DNA of 64,000 nucleotides. It comes from an uncultured Collinsella sp. Its GTDB lineage: Bacteria; Actinomycetota; Coriobacteriia; Coriobacteriales; Coriobacteriaceae. The stretch spans positions 6,525 to 70,524 of the forward strand of contig CABVDE010000002.1 in the NCBI GenBank assembly GCA_902496945.1, read 5' to 3'. Shown one piece after another: positions 19,909-29,117 of this stretch; position 1 is the stretch's first letter, and each line of letters opens with the position of its first letter. The notes under the pieces were generated by a model that had not been told where the DNA came from, did not search any database, and worked only from the letters and a program-made list of their open reading frames with translations. A program made the position numbers and the translations under genes.

Positions 19909-20060
19909 TACTTTCTTCAGATTCGGAACAAATGATACTGGTTCATTTGTCCCACACTTTTCCTCAGCTTCGCACCCTGTCGGGTTCGATTCCCGTCACC
20001 TGGCGCGCAAATGAAAACGACTCTGATCCCAAAAAGAAGCAGAGCCGTAAAACTATCTCT

Positions 20061-20134
20061 TGGAGCGGGCGACGGGAATCGAACCCGCGTCATCAGCTTG
20101 GAAGGCTGGGGTTCTACCATTGAACTACGCCCGC
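20061..20134 (-). tRNA. tRNA-Gly(TCC)
   Basis: GCGGGCGTAGTTCAATGGTAGAAC, anticodon loop CTTCCAA, GGTTCGATTCC, CCA end. Confidence 0.95.
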
Positions 20135-20140
20135 AAGATA

Positions 20141-20217
20141 TGGTCGGGACGACAGGATTTGAACCTGCGACATCCTGCTCCCAAAGCAGGCGCGCTACCA
20201 AACTGCGCCACGTCCCG
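20141..20217 (-). tRNA. tRNA-Pro(TGG)
   Basis: CGGGACGTGGCGCAGTTTGGTAGCGCG CCTGC-TTTGGGA-GCAGG, GGTTCAAATCC, CCA end. Confidence 0.95.
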
Positions 20218-20308
20218 AAGGTGTTGAGCAGCTAAGGTCTAAACCTTGCGTGTCCCAAAGCGAAGGAAATTATAGGGGAGACTTCCCGCCTGTGCAAGCG
20301 ACGATACC

Positions 20309-21667
20309 TTAGCTCCTCGAATGTGCGACAAACCGGCTGTGGAGCAGACCGATCACAAACGCCGCCACGGCAACCGGCGCCCACGCGGCACCAATGTCTG
20401 CCAGGGGCAGCGCATCAAACGGCAACCACGCGCCGGCAAAGAACGCATCGCGAATCGAGGTAATCACGCTCTGTACGGCGACCACGCCGCCGACCCAAAC
20501 CCACACCTGCGGATGGTCGTCACAAAAGCCATGCACCAGACCCATAAGCACCAGCACGATAGCGACCGGATACAAGGCGTTGAGCATGGGCACCGAGAAC
20601 ATAAGGATCACGTCGAGGCCCACATTGGAGAGCACGCACGAAAACGCCGCGAACACAAGCGCGAGGATCGCAAAGGGACGGCGCATAGCCTCCTCGGAGG
20701 CCTCCGCTCCCCCTTCGACCACATACGTCTCGCAGAAGTAACGCGAGCAGCAGCTAATGAGGCCGATGCACACGTTCATGCAGGCGAGGAAGAAAATCGC
20801 AAACACCACAACCGTGCCGGCAAGGCCAAAGTGCATGGAAGCCGAGCGAGCGAGGATGGCAGCGCCGTTGGTGGCGTCGGGCATCACGGTGCCGAGCTGC
20901 ATACCGGCAAGGGCCAGGCCGCAGTAGATGATGGCCATGAGCACGCCGGCGATCACGCCGGAACGCGAGATCTCGAAGGCCACGCGCTTGTCATCGGTCA
21001 CGCCCAGCTCGTGGATGGTCTCGGCGATGATAATGCCAAAGGCGAGCGACGCAAGCAGGTCCATGGTCTGGTAGCCGGTCAAAAAGCCCTGCACGGCAGC
21101 GCCTGCATCGTAGGGAGCCTGCGGCGCGCCAGCGGGACCCAACGGCGAGACCACGGCGGCACCAACGACCAGCACGATGAGCGCAATGAGCGCGGGGCCC
21201 GTAATGCGGCCGAGCACGCGCGTGATGACGCCCGGACGCAGCGTGAGCACAAACGCGACGACGAAGAAGCCAACGGCAAACACCAGACGTGCCGTGCCGA
21301 GCGAGACGCCCTCGGGCAGCAGCGGCACCAGCATCTCGAAGGCCGTGGAGCTCGTGCGCGGAATAGCCAGGCATGGCCCGATGGCCAGGTAGACCGCCGC
21401 AACAAAGAACTCACCGAACTTGGGGTGCACGCGGCCGGCAAGCTCGCGCGCCGTACCGGCAAGCGCCACGGCGATAAAGCCCATGACGGGCAGGCCGATG
21501 GCGGCGACAAGGAAGCCAATCATGGCAAGCGGAGTGGCGGTGCCGGCCTGGAGTGCCAGCAGCGGCGGAATGATAAGGTTGCCGGCGCCAAAGAGCATCG
21601 AGAATAGGGCGATGCCGACGGTAACGACATGGTCGGAGCGCAGACCGCGCGGTGCGGATGAGGCCAT
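20309..21667 (-). CDS. brnQ: Branched-chain amino acid transport system II carrier
   Basis: LFSMLFGAGNLIIPP, IGPCLAIPRT, GYQTMDLLASLAFG, LYPVAIVL; about 12 TM segments. Confidence 0.92.
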   Translation of the reverse strand: MASSAPRGLRSDHVVTVGIALFSMLFGAGNLIIPPLLALQAGTATPLAMIGFLVAAIGLPVMGFIAVALAGTARELAGRVHPKFGEFFVAAVYLAIGPCLAIPRTSSTAFEMLVPLLPEGVSLGTARLVFAVGFFVVAFVLTLRPGVITRVLGRITGPALIALIVLVVGAAVVSPLGPAGAPQAPYDAGAAVQGFLTGYQTMDLLASLAFGIIIAETIHELGVTDDKRVAFEISRSGVIAGVLMAIIYCGLALAGMQLGTVMPDATNGAAILARSASMHFGLAGTVVVFAIFFLACMNVCIGLISCCSRYFCETYVVEGGAEASEEAMRRPFAILALVFAAFSCVLSNVGLDVILMFSVPMLNALYPVAIVLVLMGLVHGFCDDHPQVWVWVGGVVAVQSVITSIRDAFFAGAWLPFDALPLADIGAAWAPVAVAAFVIGLLHSRFVAHSRS

Positions 21668-21734
21668 GAGACCACCTTTCGGGTCGAAACAAAAACGGGA
21701 CGGGCAAAATACCCGCCCCGCAAGTATAAACGTT

Positions 21735-22874
21735 CTAGCAGGCTAAATCGCGCAGCGCCTCGATCGCCGTGTCGACTTCCTCGGACGTATTGAAATAGCC
21801 AAACGAGAATCGGGCCACACCCTGGCGCTCCGTTCCCAGCGCGCGGTGCATGAGCGGAGCGCAGTGGGCGCCAGGACGGGTCGCAATCCCCCACCCCTGC
21901 ATGAGCGCGTCCGAGATTTCGGCGGAATCGATATCGCCCACGTTGAGCGACACGATTGCCGAGCGCATCGGCTGGTCAAAAGCGCCATAAAGCTTGATCC
22001 CCGGGATCTCGCGCACGCCAGCGAGAAAGCGATCGGCCAGAGAGCGTTCGTGAGCCGCGATCGCCCCAACCCCGCCTTGGGCCTCGATAAAGTCAAGCCC
22101 GGCGAAAAGGCCGGCAACACCGTGACCGTTGAGCGTGCCTGCCTCCAAGCGCGTGGGCCACTCGAGTGGCTGCAGCGGGTCAAAGCTGTGCACGCCCGTG
22201 CCGCCCATGGCCCACGGCGCCACGTCAACGCCCTCTGTCACGGCCAGGCCGCCCGTGCCCTGGGGCCCCATGAGCCCCTTATGGCCGGTAAAACACACGA
22301 TGTCGAGGTCCATGGCATCCATGTCAATCTGCGCCGTGCCGGCTGACTGCGACGCGTCGACAATCACCAACGCACCCACCGCATGGGCCATCGCCGCCAC
22401 ACGCGCAACGTCGACGGCATTGCCGGTCACGTTAGAGGCATGCGTCACCACGACGGCGCGCGTACCCGGTGTGACCAGACGTTCAAACTCGTCATAGTCG
22501 AGCATGCCGCTCGCATCGCAACCGGCATGGTCAACGATCACGCCATGCTCGGCCGCCAAGCGATTGAGCGGACGCAGCACCGAGTTGTGCTCGAGCACCG
22601 TCGTGACCACGCGGTCGCCGGGGCGCACCACGCCGTTGATGGCGGTGTTGAGCGCCGCCGTGGAATTGGGCGTAAAGCACACATGGTCGGCGCGCGGGCA
22701 GCCCAGCAGGCGCGCAAGCTTGGCGCGGCAGCCGTGAATGGTACGCGCCGCATCAAGCGCACCCGACGTGGCACCGCGCCCGGCATTGCCGAGCAAGCAC
22801 ATCGCCTGTGTCACGGCCTCGACCACCGCCTGCGGCTTGTGCATGGTCGTCGCCGCGTTATCCAGATAGATCAT
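21735..22874 (-). CDS. Aminotransferase class V, cysteine desulfurase/selenocysteine lyase-like
   Basis: IYLDNAATT, EHNSV, THASNVTG, FTGHKGLMGPQGTG, RPGAHCAP (SufS-type Cys). Confidence 0.9.
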   Translation of the reverse strand: MIYLDNAATTMHKPQAVVEAVTQAMCLLGNAGRGATSGALDAARTIHGCRAKLARLLGCPRADHVCFTPNSTAALNTAINGVVRPGDRVVTTVLEHNSVLRPLNRLAAEHGVIVDHAGCDASGMLDYDEFERLVTPGTRAVVVTHASNVTGNAVDVARVAAMAHAVGALVIVDASQSAGTAQIDMDAMDLDIVCFTGHKGLMGPQGTGGLAVTEGVDVAPWAMGGTGVHSFDPLQPLEWPTRLEAGTLNGHGVAGLFAGLDFIEAQGGVGAIAAHERSLADRFLAGVREIPGIKLYGAFDQPMRSAIVSLNVGDIDSAEISDALMQGWGIATRPGAHCAPLMHRALGTERQGVARFSFGYFNTSEEVDTAIEALRDLAC

Positions 22875-23122
22875 CGCACGACCTCCCACATGTCAATCAC
22901 CGTAAAGCCCTCAGTGGGGACACCCGCCGTGGCAAGCTCGCCGCGCAGCAGTTCCTCATCCGCAGGCAGGGCCTTCCAAGCCAGGCCGCAGCCGGCCGCG
23001 ACCTCCCCGGGCACGGGAATCGTGCGCCCGGGAAGGCCGCGCTCGATGCACAGGGCTTCGCACCCCATGGCTGCCGCCGTGGTGGGAAACGTGATGACAA
23101 GCGCCGGGCGCTTCTCTCTCAT
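22871..23122 (-). CDS. DUF3343 family protein (putative Se/S carrier)
   Basis: LVITFPTTAAAM..E, IPVPGEVAAGCGLAW; stop overlaps the desulfurase start. Confidence 0.8.
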   Translation of the reverse strand: MREKRPALVITFPTTAAAMGCEALCIERGLPGRTIPVPGEVAAGCGLAWKALPADEELLRGELATAGVPTEGFTVIDMWEVVR

Positions 23123-23141
23123 GGCCACTCCAACCAATGCA

Positions 23142-23768
23142 CTACGGGCGCACGACGCGCACGGCCTGCTCCATCTTCTCCACAATCACGTACATGTTGG
23201 TGACCTCGCCCACCGCGAGCTGATCCTTAATGCCAAAGTGGTCGAGGCAGGTACCGCAGGTGAGGATCTCGACACCCTGCTCGGCCAGACCCTTCAGGTC
23301 GTCGAGCACCGGAGAGCCCTCGACGGTGAGCTTGGCGCCACCGTTGTAGAACAGCATGGTCGCGGGCAGCTCCTCCTGCTGCGTCACGGCAAAGATAAAC
23401 GCCTTCATAAGCTTGTGGCCCAGCTCGTCGTCGCCACGTCCCATGCAGTCGGTATAGACGGAAATGACGAGTTTGCCCTTGCCGGCGCCGGCGTCGCAGA
23501 AAGCGGCACCGTCCTGCTCGGGGTCCGCAACGGCCACGGCACCGGCGGTCGCGACGGTCACATGCCACTCGGCATCCGAGATCTTCTCGACCAAAGCCGT
23601 GCAGCCCCTCTCCTGCGCCATCTTGGAGATGTTCTTCACAGCCGTCTCGTTATCGACCGAGGTCACCACAGCACCCTCGCCATTGAGCTGTTTGAGCGCC
23701 TTGAGGGTCTTGACGACGGGAAGCGGGCAGGCATCGCCCATGGCGTTGACTTCAATCCTGGTAGACAA
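23142..23768 (-). CDS. yedF: Sulfurtransferase-like selenium metabolism protein YedF (TusA-like plus DsrE-like domains)
   Basis: CPLPVV, MGRGDDELG..LMK, FYNGG, ILTCGTCL, VTNMY; TTG start behind GAAAGGA. Confidence 0.88.
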   Translation of the reverse strand: MSTRIEVNAMGDACPLPVVKTLKALKQLNGEGAVVTSVDNETAVKNISKMAQERGCTALVEKISDAEWHVTVATAGAVAVADPEQDGAAFCDAGAGKGKLVISVYTDCMGRGDDELGHKLMKAFIFAVTQQEELPATMLFYNGGAKLTVEGSPVLDDLKGLAEQGVEILTCGTCLDHFGIKDQLAVGEVTNMYVIVEKMEQAVRVVRP

Positions 23769-23826
23769 AGCAGAATCCTTTCGAAAGAACCGTTCTAGAA
23801 CGGCAAACAGATACATAAACGTGCAG

Positions 23827-24876
23827 CTAGCGAACAACGCGAACAGCGGGACCACCCGGCTCCGCCTCGCACACGCGACCGACGACGGCGGCGACAAGAT
23901 CCTCGGCATGCAGACGGCGCGCAAGCTTATCCACATCGGCAGCGGGTGCCGCGATAAGCAGGCCGCCCGAGGTCTGCGGATCGTAGAGCGCATCCAGCAT
24001 GCCCGGCTCCAGATCATCGTCGGCCGCCACGCGCGGACCAAAAAAGTCCTGGTTACGATAGGCGCCCGCGGGGATAATGCCCAAACGTGCCATGTCGAGC
24101 ACCTGGTCAAAGAGCGGCACCGCGTCGGACAAAAGCTCAATCTGCGCGCCCGAGCCCTCGGCCATCTCGCATGCGTGCCCAATCAGGCCAAAGCCCGTGA
24201 CGTCGGTGCAGCCGTGAAGCTCAAGTCCCTCGGCCAGGCGAATCGGCGCGTCGTTGAGCGTGCGCATCGAGTCAAACATCGGGCTCGCCTCGTCCTGCTC
24301 AATGAGCTCGCCCTTAATGGCCGTGGTGATGATGCCCGAGCCGACTGGCTTGGTCAGCAGCAGGGCGTCGCCCACGCGCGCGCCGCTGTTGGCGAGTATG
24401 CGATCGAGCGGCACAAAGCCACTCACGGACAGGCCGTACTTGGGCTCGTCGTCGTTGATGGTGTGACCGCCCGCAATGGCGCAGCCGGCCTCGACGCATT
24501 TGTCGGCGCCGCCCGCTAGAATCTGCCCGGCAACCTCAACGCCCAAGCAATTGGGGATGCACAGCAGGTTCATGGCATGACTGGGCGTGCCACCCATGGC
24601 GTAGATATCCGACAACGAGTTGGCTGCCGCGATCTGACCAAACAGGAAGGGGTCATCGACCATCGGAGGAAAGAAGTCGATGGACTGCACGAGTCCCAGG
24701 TTCTCCCCTACGCGGAAGACGCTCGCATCATCGGAGGTATCGAACCCCACGAGCAGGTTGTCGTTATGCACATTGGGTAAGTCGCCCAGGACCTGGGCGA
24801 GGGCTCCGGGAGCCAACTTAGCGGCTCAACCGCTCGCGGCGGTCATAGACGTGAGCTTAATCTGATCGCCTGTCAT
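23827..24876 (-). CDS. selD: Selenophosphate synthetase, a selenoprotein (Sec17 encoded by TGA)
   Basis: GGAGG then ATG 24876 reads MTGDQIKLTSMTAASG-U-AAKLAPG; in-frame TGA at 24826-24828 is the catalytic (C/U)xxK position; DDA, DFF, GGHT, DVTGFG, DPQTSGGLL. Confidence 0.93.
24782..24817 (-). promoter_or_regulatory. Putative bacterial SECIS element of selD
   Basis: mRNA hairpins GGCUC-CCG-GAGCC and UCGCCCAG-GUC-CUGGGCGA; the second has an apical G about 34 nt after the UGA. Confidence 0.6.
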
Positions 24877-24895
24877 CGATACCTCCCCTCATCAG

Positions 24896-25093
24896 TCAAT
24901 CACTTCCTCTCAGTATACGCATGGCGGTGCCGAGAAAGGCCGGCGTATGGCGCAACCCCCACATGAGCGCCTGGACTCGAATGGCCGCATCGACCGACGA
25001 GCAGCCCGCCGGCATGACGCAGGTCCACGCAATGGTGCCATCCGTTTTCACCACCGCGGCCTTCGCCGCCGTCGAGCCTATGTCGATACCAAG
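24896..25093 (-). pseudogene. N-terminal remnant of a 2-hydroxyacyl-CoA dehydratase activase (HgdC/YjiL-type ASKHA ATPase)
   Basis: Frame reads LGIDIGSTAAKAAVVKTDGTI..; no in-frame start (TGA directly upstream) and only 65 codons long. Confidence 0.7.
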
Positions 25094-25115
25094 TCAACCA
25101 CGGCATTACCCGGCG

Positions 25116-26186
25116 CTATCGACAAACCAAATGAATCCTGCTCGCATCAAAATGCATGCGCAAGGTCTCCCCCGCCTGTGGCAGCTCCTCTACAGGAACG
25201 CCCACCTTGTTGACCTTCCACTGCAGACGCGTTGGCGCATCGGCCCGCGGCACGTCCAGCAGCACCAGCCGCTCAAAGCGCGAATCGCTCACACGGGCCA
25301 CGTGCAAATCGTAGCTGTTGCGACCGCGCTCCGCGCGATTGTCAACATGGAAGTAGCTCGCACGAATACCGAGGTACGTCACGTTATCGGGAACCTCATG
25401 GCCCACGTTAAAGGTCATGCCCCAGTCCAGGGCTTCAACTTCCTGAGACCCGATCTTGCGCGCCCGGCTTGTGTTCTTGCAGCCCGTCAGGCGCAGTGCC
25501 GCCAGCGTCTGCGGACGGCGGACCACGTCCTCGACGGAGCCGATCTCCTCAACATGCCCGTCGTGCATCACGCAGATGCGCCCGCACAGGCGGCACGCTT
25601 CGTCGATGTCGTGGCTCACGTAGAGCACGGTGCGGTTGCATACATCGAACAGGTCGAGCATGTTCTGTTCGAGGGCGCTCTTAAGATAGGAATCGAGTGC
25701 GCTCATGGGCTCGTCGAACATAAAAATGCCCGGATGCGCCGCCACCATGCGGGCAAGCGCCACACGTTGTTGCTGACCGCCCGAGAGTCGCGCGGGATAG
25801 CGGTCGGCAAAATCGGACAGACCGAAAATGCCCAGATAGCGCTCGGCGAGATTTTTGCGCGCGGCGGCGTCGCCCGCATCCTTTACACCGGCGCATACGT
25901 TATCGGCCACCGTCATGTTGGGAAACAGCTGATAGTTTTGGAACAGCAGGGCGCATTTGCGCGCCTGGGGCGACAGGTTGATGCCCGTCGCCGAGTCAAA
26001 AAAGGTCACGCCGTTGACGACGATCTTGCCCGCGTCGGGCGTCTCCACGCCGGCGATGCAGCGCAGCGTACAGCTCTTGCCGCAGCCCGAGGCGCCCAGC
26101 AGCGCCACACGATCCTCTCCGGCCTCAAGCTGCATGTCGAGCATAAACCCGGGATAGCGCTTTTTGATATCCAGAACGAGCGACAT
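25116..26186 (-). CDS. modC: Molybdate ABC transporter ATP-binding protein
   Basis: GASGCGKS, LSGGQQQRVALAR, FDEP, VSHD; operon context. Confidence 0.88.
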   Translation of the reverse strand: MSLVLDIKKRYPGFMLDMQLEAGEDRVALLGASGCGKSCTLRCIAGVETPDAGKIVVNGVTFFDSATGINLSPQARKCALLFQNYQLFPNMTVADNVCAGVKDAGDAAARKNLAERYLGIFGLSDFADRYPARLSGGQQQRVALARMVAAHPGIFMFDEPMSALDSYLKSALEQNMLDLFDVCNRTVLYVSHDIDEACRLCGRICVMHDGHVEEIGSVEDVVRRPQTLAALRLTGCKNTSRARKIGSQEVEALDWGMTFNVGHEVPDNVTYLGIRASYFHVDNRAERGRNSYDLHVARVSDSRFERLVLLDVPRADAPTRLQWKVNKVGVPVEELPQAGETLRMHFDASRIHLVCR

Positions 26187-26189
26187 GGC

Positions 26190-27632
26190 CTATCGACCTC
26201 CCTGCAAAGCGGCATCATCGCGCATGAGCTCGGCCAGCGCCTCGCGATCGATACGCAAGGCATCGCCGCCCGCCGGGTCGAGCGAATCGCCCCGTCCGGC
26301 AAGATCTTTGATCCGCTTGCGCTCCGCACGGGAAAGGCCCCGCTCGCGATACTTTTGCGAATGAGCGGTGTACATGTTGATGAACAGGATGACCAGGAAG
26401 CTGAACACGATCACGACGGCGACCCAAAAGAGGGCCACCGAGGTGTTGCCGCCCATCCACTCAAAGTAAATCGCAATGGGGATGGTCTGCGTAATGCCGG
26501 CGTAGTTGCCCGCAAAGAACAGCGTGCAGCCAAACTCTCCCATCGCGCGGGCAAAGGCGAGGACCGTACCAGCGGCAATAGAAGGCCACCCAAGCGGCAT
26601 CATAAGCTTGGCAAAGATGCGACGCTCGGACCATCCCAGGGTTCGCGCGGCGTCAAGCATCTGCGTGTCGAGGCACTCAAAGGCGCCGAGCGCCGTACGG
26701 TAGACCAGGGGGAACGATACCACCACGGCAGAGATCACCGCCGCCGGCCACGTAAAGACAATCGAGACGCCGTGCGCAATCAGCCACTGGCCCACCCCGG
26801 TCGAGCGACCAAACAGCATAAGCAGCAAAAAGCCGCAGACCGTGGGCGGCAACACCATGGGGATGGTAAAGACCGAGTCGAGCAGGCCCTTGATGCGACT
26901 CGAGGTACCCATAGTCTTCCACGCGGCGAACAGGCCCAGCGCAAGGGAGATCACCAGGGCAAGGCCGCTCGTTTTAATGGACACCCAAAACGGGCGATAG
27001 TCGATGTCGCCCAAAAAGGAGACCAGAGAGGTCAAGGGCCCCTGCTCATCCCGCAATATGACAGACGACGCCTCTACCATTTGAGCGCTATCAAGCCAAC
27101 GCGCGCCGCCTTTGGCATCACCCGAGGCTGATGCAATCACCACATAGCGGTCCCCATCCGCACCACGCTCATCAAAGCCATAGGTATACCCGCCGGCATC
27201 AAACGTTGTTTCCGCCGTGACATACCAAGGAAGATCCACGTCCCCCAGCCGCGCACCTCCCATGCAGTTTGCGCTGTCGAGGTCACAGACGAGGGCCTTG
27301 AGACCCGATACGCACTCGTTGTCCTGCGGATCCAATCCATACTTCTCGACCGCCTTGGGCGATATCCACGCCACAACGCGATCGGCAGCAGGCGCCACTA
27401 CAAGGTCCACATCCTCGTCAACGGGAAACCGGTAGCCCTCAGGCTGGCCCTCCATGGCACGAGCGGTCCCCTTCGCCAACCGCTCAAAACCCTCGATTCC
27501 ATAGGAAAGCCCATGAGCGGTCGCAGCAACCTGGGCCCCGTCCTCGGCGTCCCCGGCAAACGCAAATCCCGGCACCCAGCAAAGCGCGAAGGTCAAAGCA
27601 CAGGCGGCAAGCATGCGGAATCTATTAAGCAC
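26190..27632 (-). CDS. modB: Molybdate ABC transporter permease with a long N-terminal extension
   Basis: C-terminal PMVLPPTVCGF, DAARTLG, AFARAMGEFG, GITQTIPIAIY; GTG 27632 behind GGAG (ATG 27614 is an alternative). Confidence 0.85.
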   Translation of the reverse strand: MLNRFRMLAACALTFALCWVPGFAFAGDAEDGAQVAATAHGLSYGIEGFERLAKGTARAMEGQPEGYRFPVDEDVDLVVAPAADRVVAWISPKAVEKYGLDPQDNECVSGLKALVCDLDSANCMGGARLGDVDLPWYVTAETTFDAGGYTYGFDERGADGDRYVVIASASGDAKGGARWLDSAQMVEASSVILRDEQGPLTSLVSFLGDIDYRPFWVSIKTSGLALVISLALGLFAAWKTMGTSSRIKGLLDSVFTIPMVLPPTVCGFLLLMLFGRSTGVGQWLIAHGVSIVFTWPAAVISAVVVSFPLVYRTALGAFECLDTQMLDAARTLGWSERRIFAKLMMPLGWPSIAAGTVLAFARAMGEFGCTLFFAGNYAGITQTIPIAIYFEWMGGNTSVALFWVAVVIVFSFLVILFINMYTAHSQKYRERGLSRAERKRIKDLAGRGDSLDPAGGDALRIDREALAELMRDDAALQGGR

Positions 27633-27700
27633 GAAAAGCTCCAAGCGAATAGAAGGACGGAGTGAAACACAAAACGATGGAATTATCGCGCCAAGCCGCA

Positions 27701-28576
27701 CTACTCGGAAAGCTCAAAGCCGTACTTAGCCCAAATCTTCTGGGCTTTCTTGTTGGTCAGGCAGAAGTCGATGAACGCCTTGGCCTCGTCGGCGTGCTCG
27801 GAGCTATCGGCGACAGCGCCGGGATACACGATGGGCTTGTGCGAGTCCTCGGGGCACACGAAGGCCTCCTCGATGCCGTCGTAGCGGAAGATATCGGAGC
27901 TGTAGACAAAACCGGCCACGCAGTCGCCCGTAGAGACGTAGGCGGCGGCGGTGCCGACCTTGTCGGCCAGAGCCACCTTGTCGGCGAGATCGGGTGTATA
28001 CTCGCCGCCGTCGCCCTCGGTGCCGGTGTAGAGGCCCACGGAGGCCAGGGCCTGGTTGGCGTACTTGCCGGCGGGAACGGTCTTGGCGTCGCCGATGGCG
28101 ATCTTGCCGTCCAGGTTCGCGACGTCGGCGATGGCCTCGACCTTGATATCGGAGCCCTCGGCACGAATGATCACGAGGTCGTTGACGAACATGTCCTCAC
28201 GCGTGTCGGCGTCGACGAGCTCGGCGGCCTCGGCGTCGTCCATGGTGCCCTTGGAGGCCGTGATGAGTACGTCGACCGCAGCACCGGCGCGCATCTGCTC
28301 GACAAGGTCGCCGGACGCCTTAAACTGCGTGTCGGCAAACGTGGTGCCGGTCTGGTCGGTATAGAGCTCCTGAACCTCGGGCAGGGCCTTCTCGAGCGAG
28401 TTGGCGGCAAAGATTTGCAGCTCAACAGCCTTCTTCTTAGAGGAAGACTTGGCGGAGCCGGCATCGGAACCGGCGGGCTCGGACGTCTTATTACCCGAGC
28501 AGCCAGCAAGACCAAGGCCGGCGGCAGCGGCAGCAGAAAGCGAGACGAAACCGCGGCGAGAAACCATATCGAACAT
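27701..28576 (-). CDS. modA: Molybdate-binding lipoprotein with a Tat-like signal
   Basis: SRRGFV twin-Arg motif, LAGC lipobox, FAANSL, ASGDL, VPAGKYA, IVYP. Confidence 0.9.
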   Translation of the reverse strand: MFDMVSRRGFVSLSAAAAAGLGLAGCSGNKTSEPAGSDAGSAKSSSKKKAVELQIFAANSLEKALPEVQELYTDQTGTTFADTQFKASGDLVEQMRAGAAVDVLITASKGTMDDAEAAELVDADTREDMFVNDLVIIRAEGSDIKVEAIADVANLDGKIAIGDAKTVPAGKYANQALASVGLYTGTEGDGGEYTPDLADKVALADKVGTAAAYVSTGDCVAGFVYSSDIFRYDGIEEAFVCPEDSHKPIVYPGAVADSSEHADEAKAFIDFCLTNKKAQKIWAKYGFELSE

Positions 28577-28627
28577 GTTGAACCCTTTCAAACAATGCGC
28601 CCGGGCACTCCGCCGCAGGTTAGCCGC

Positions 28628-29107
28628 TTATCTGGTATGCCCGCCACCCGCTGTCATCTGAGCCGCGTGCTCCAGCTGGTCGGCGATCGCCTCCCAACAT
28701 TCGCGAGCCGCCTTGGTGGAACCGGGAAAGTTTACGACAAGTGTATACTTACGTTGCATACACACGGCGCGCGAGAGCATGGCACGACGCGTCTTGGTCA
28801 TCGAGTAAGCCCGAATCGCCTCGGCAATGCCCGGCACATCGCGATCGCAGACGGCGCGCGTCGCCTCGGGCGTCACATCGCGCATCGAAAGCCCCGTGCC
28901 GCCACAGGTGAGCACGACATTGGCGTGACATTCATCGGCCGCCTTCACGATGGCATCACCGATCTCGCTGACGTCGTCGCGCACGACCACGTGTGAGACG
29001 ACCGTCCAGCCCTGCGCCTCGATAAGCTCCTCGAGCGCGGCTCCGGCCTCATCCTGCGAAAGATCGCGCGTATCCGAACACGTCACGATCGATATCTTCA
29101 ACTCCAT
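28628..29107 (-). CDS. mog: Molybdopterin adenylyltransferase (MogA/MoaB family)
   Basis: TCSD, TCGGTG..RDVTPEAT, AMLSR, VNFPGS. Confidence 0.88.
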   Translation of the reverse strand: MELKISIVTCSDTRDLSQDEAGAALEELIEAQGWTVVSHVVVRDDVSEIGDAIVKAADECHANVVLTCGGTGLSMRDVTPEATRAVCDRDVPGIAEAIRAYSMTKTRRAMLSRAVCMQRKYTLVVNFPGSTKAARECWEAIADQLEHAAQMTAGGGHTR

Positions 29108-29117
29108 AGTCTTCCTC

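Noticed and set aside
25094..25096. TGA before the activase remnant as a possible Sec codon
   Set aside because: No start codon upstream in that frame (TAA four codons earlier) and the position is not a Cys site in this family
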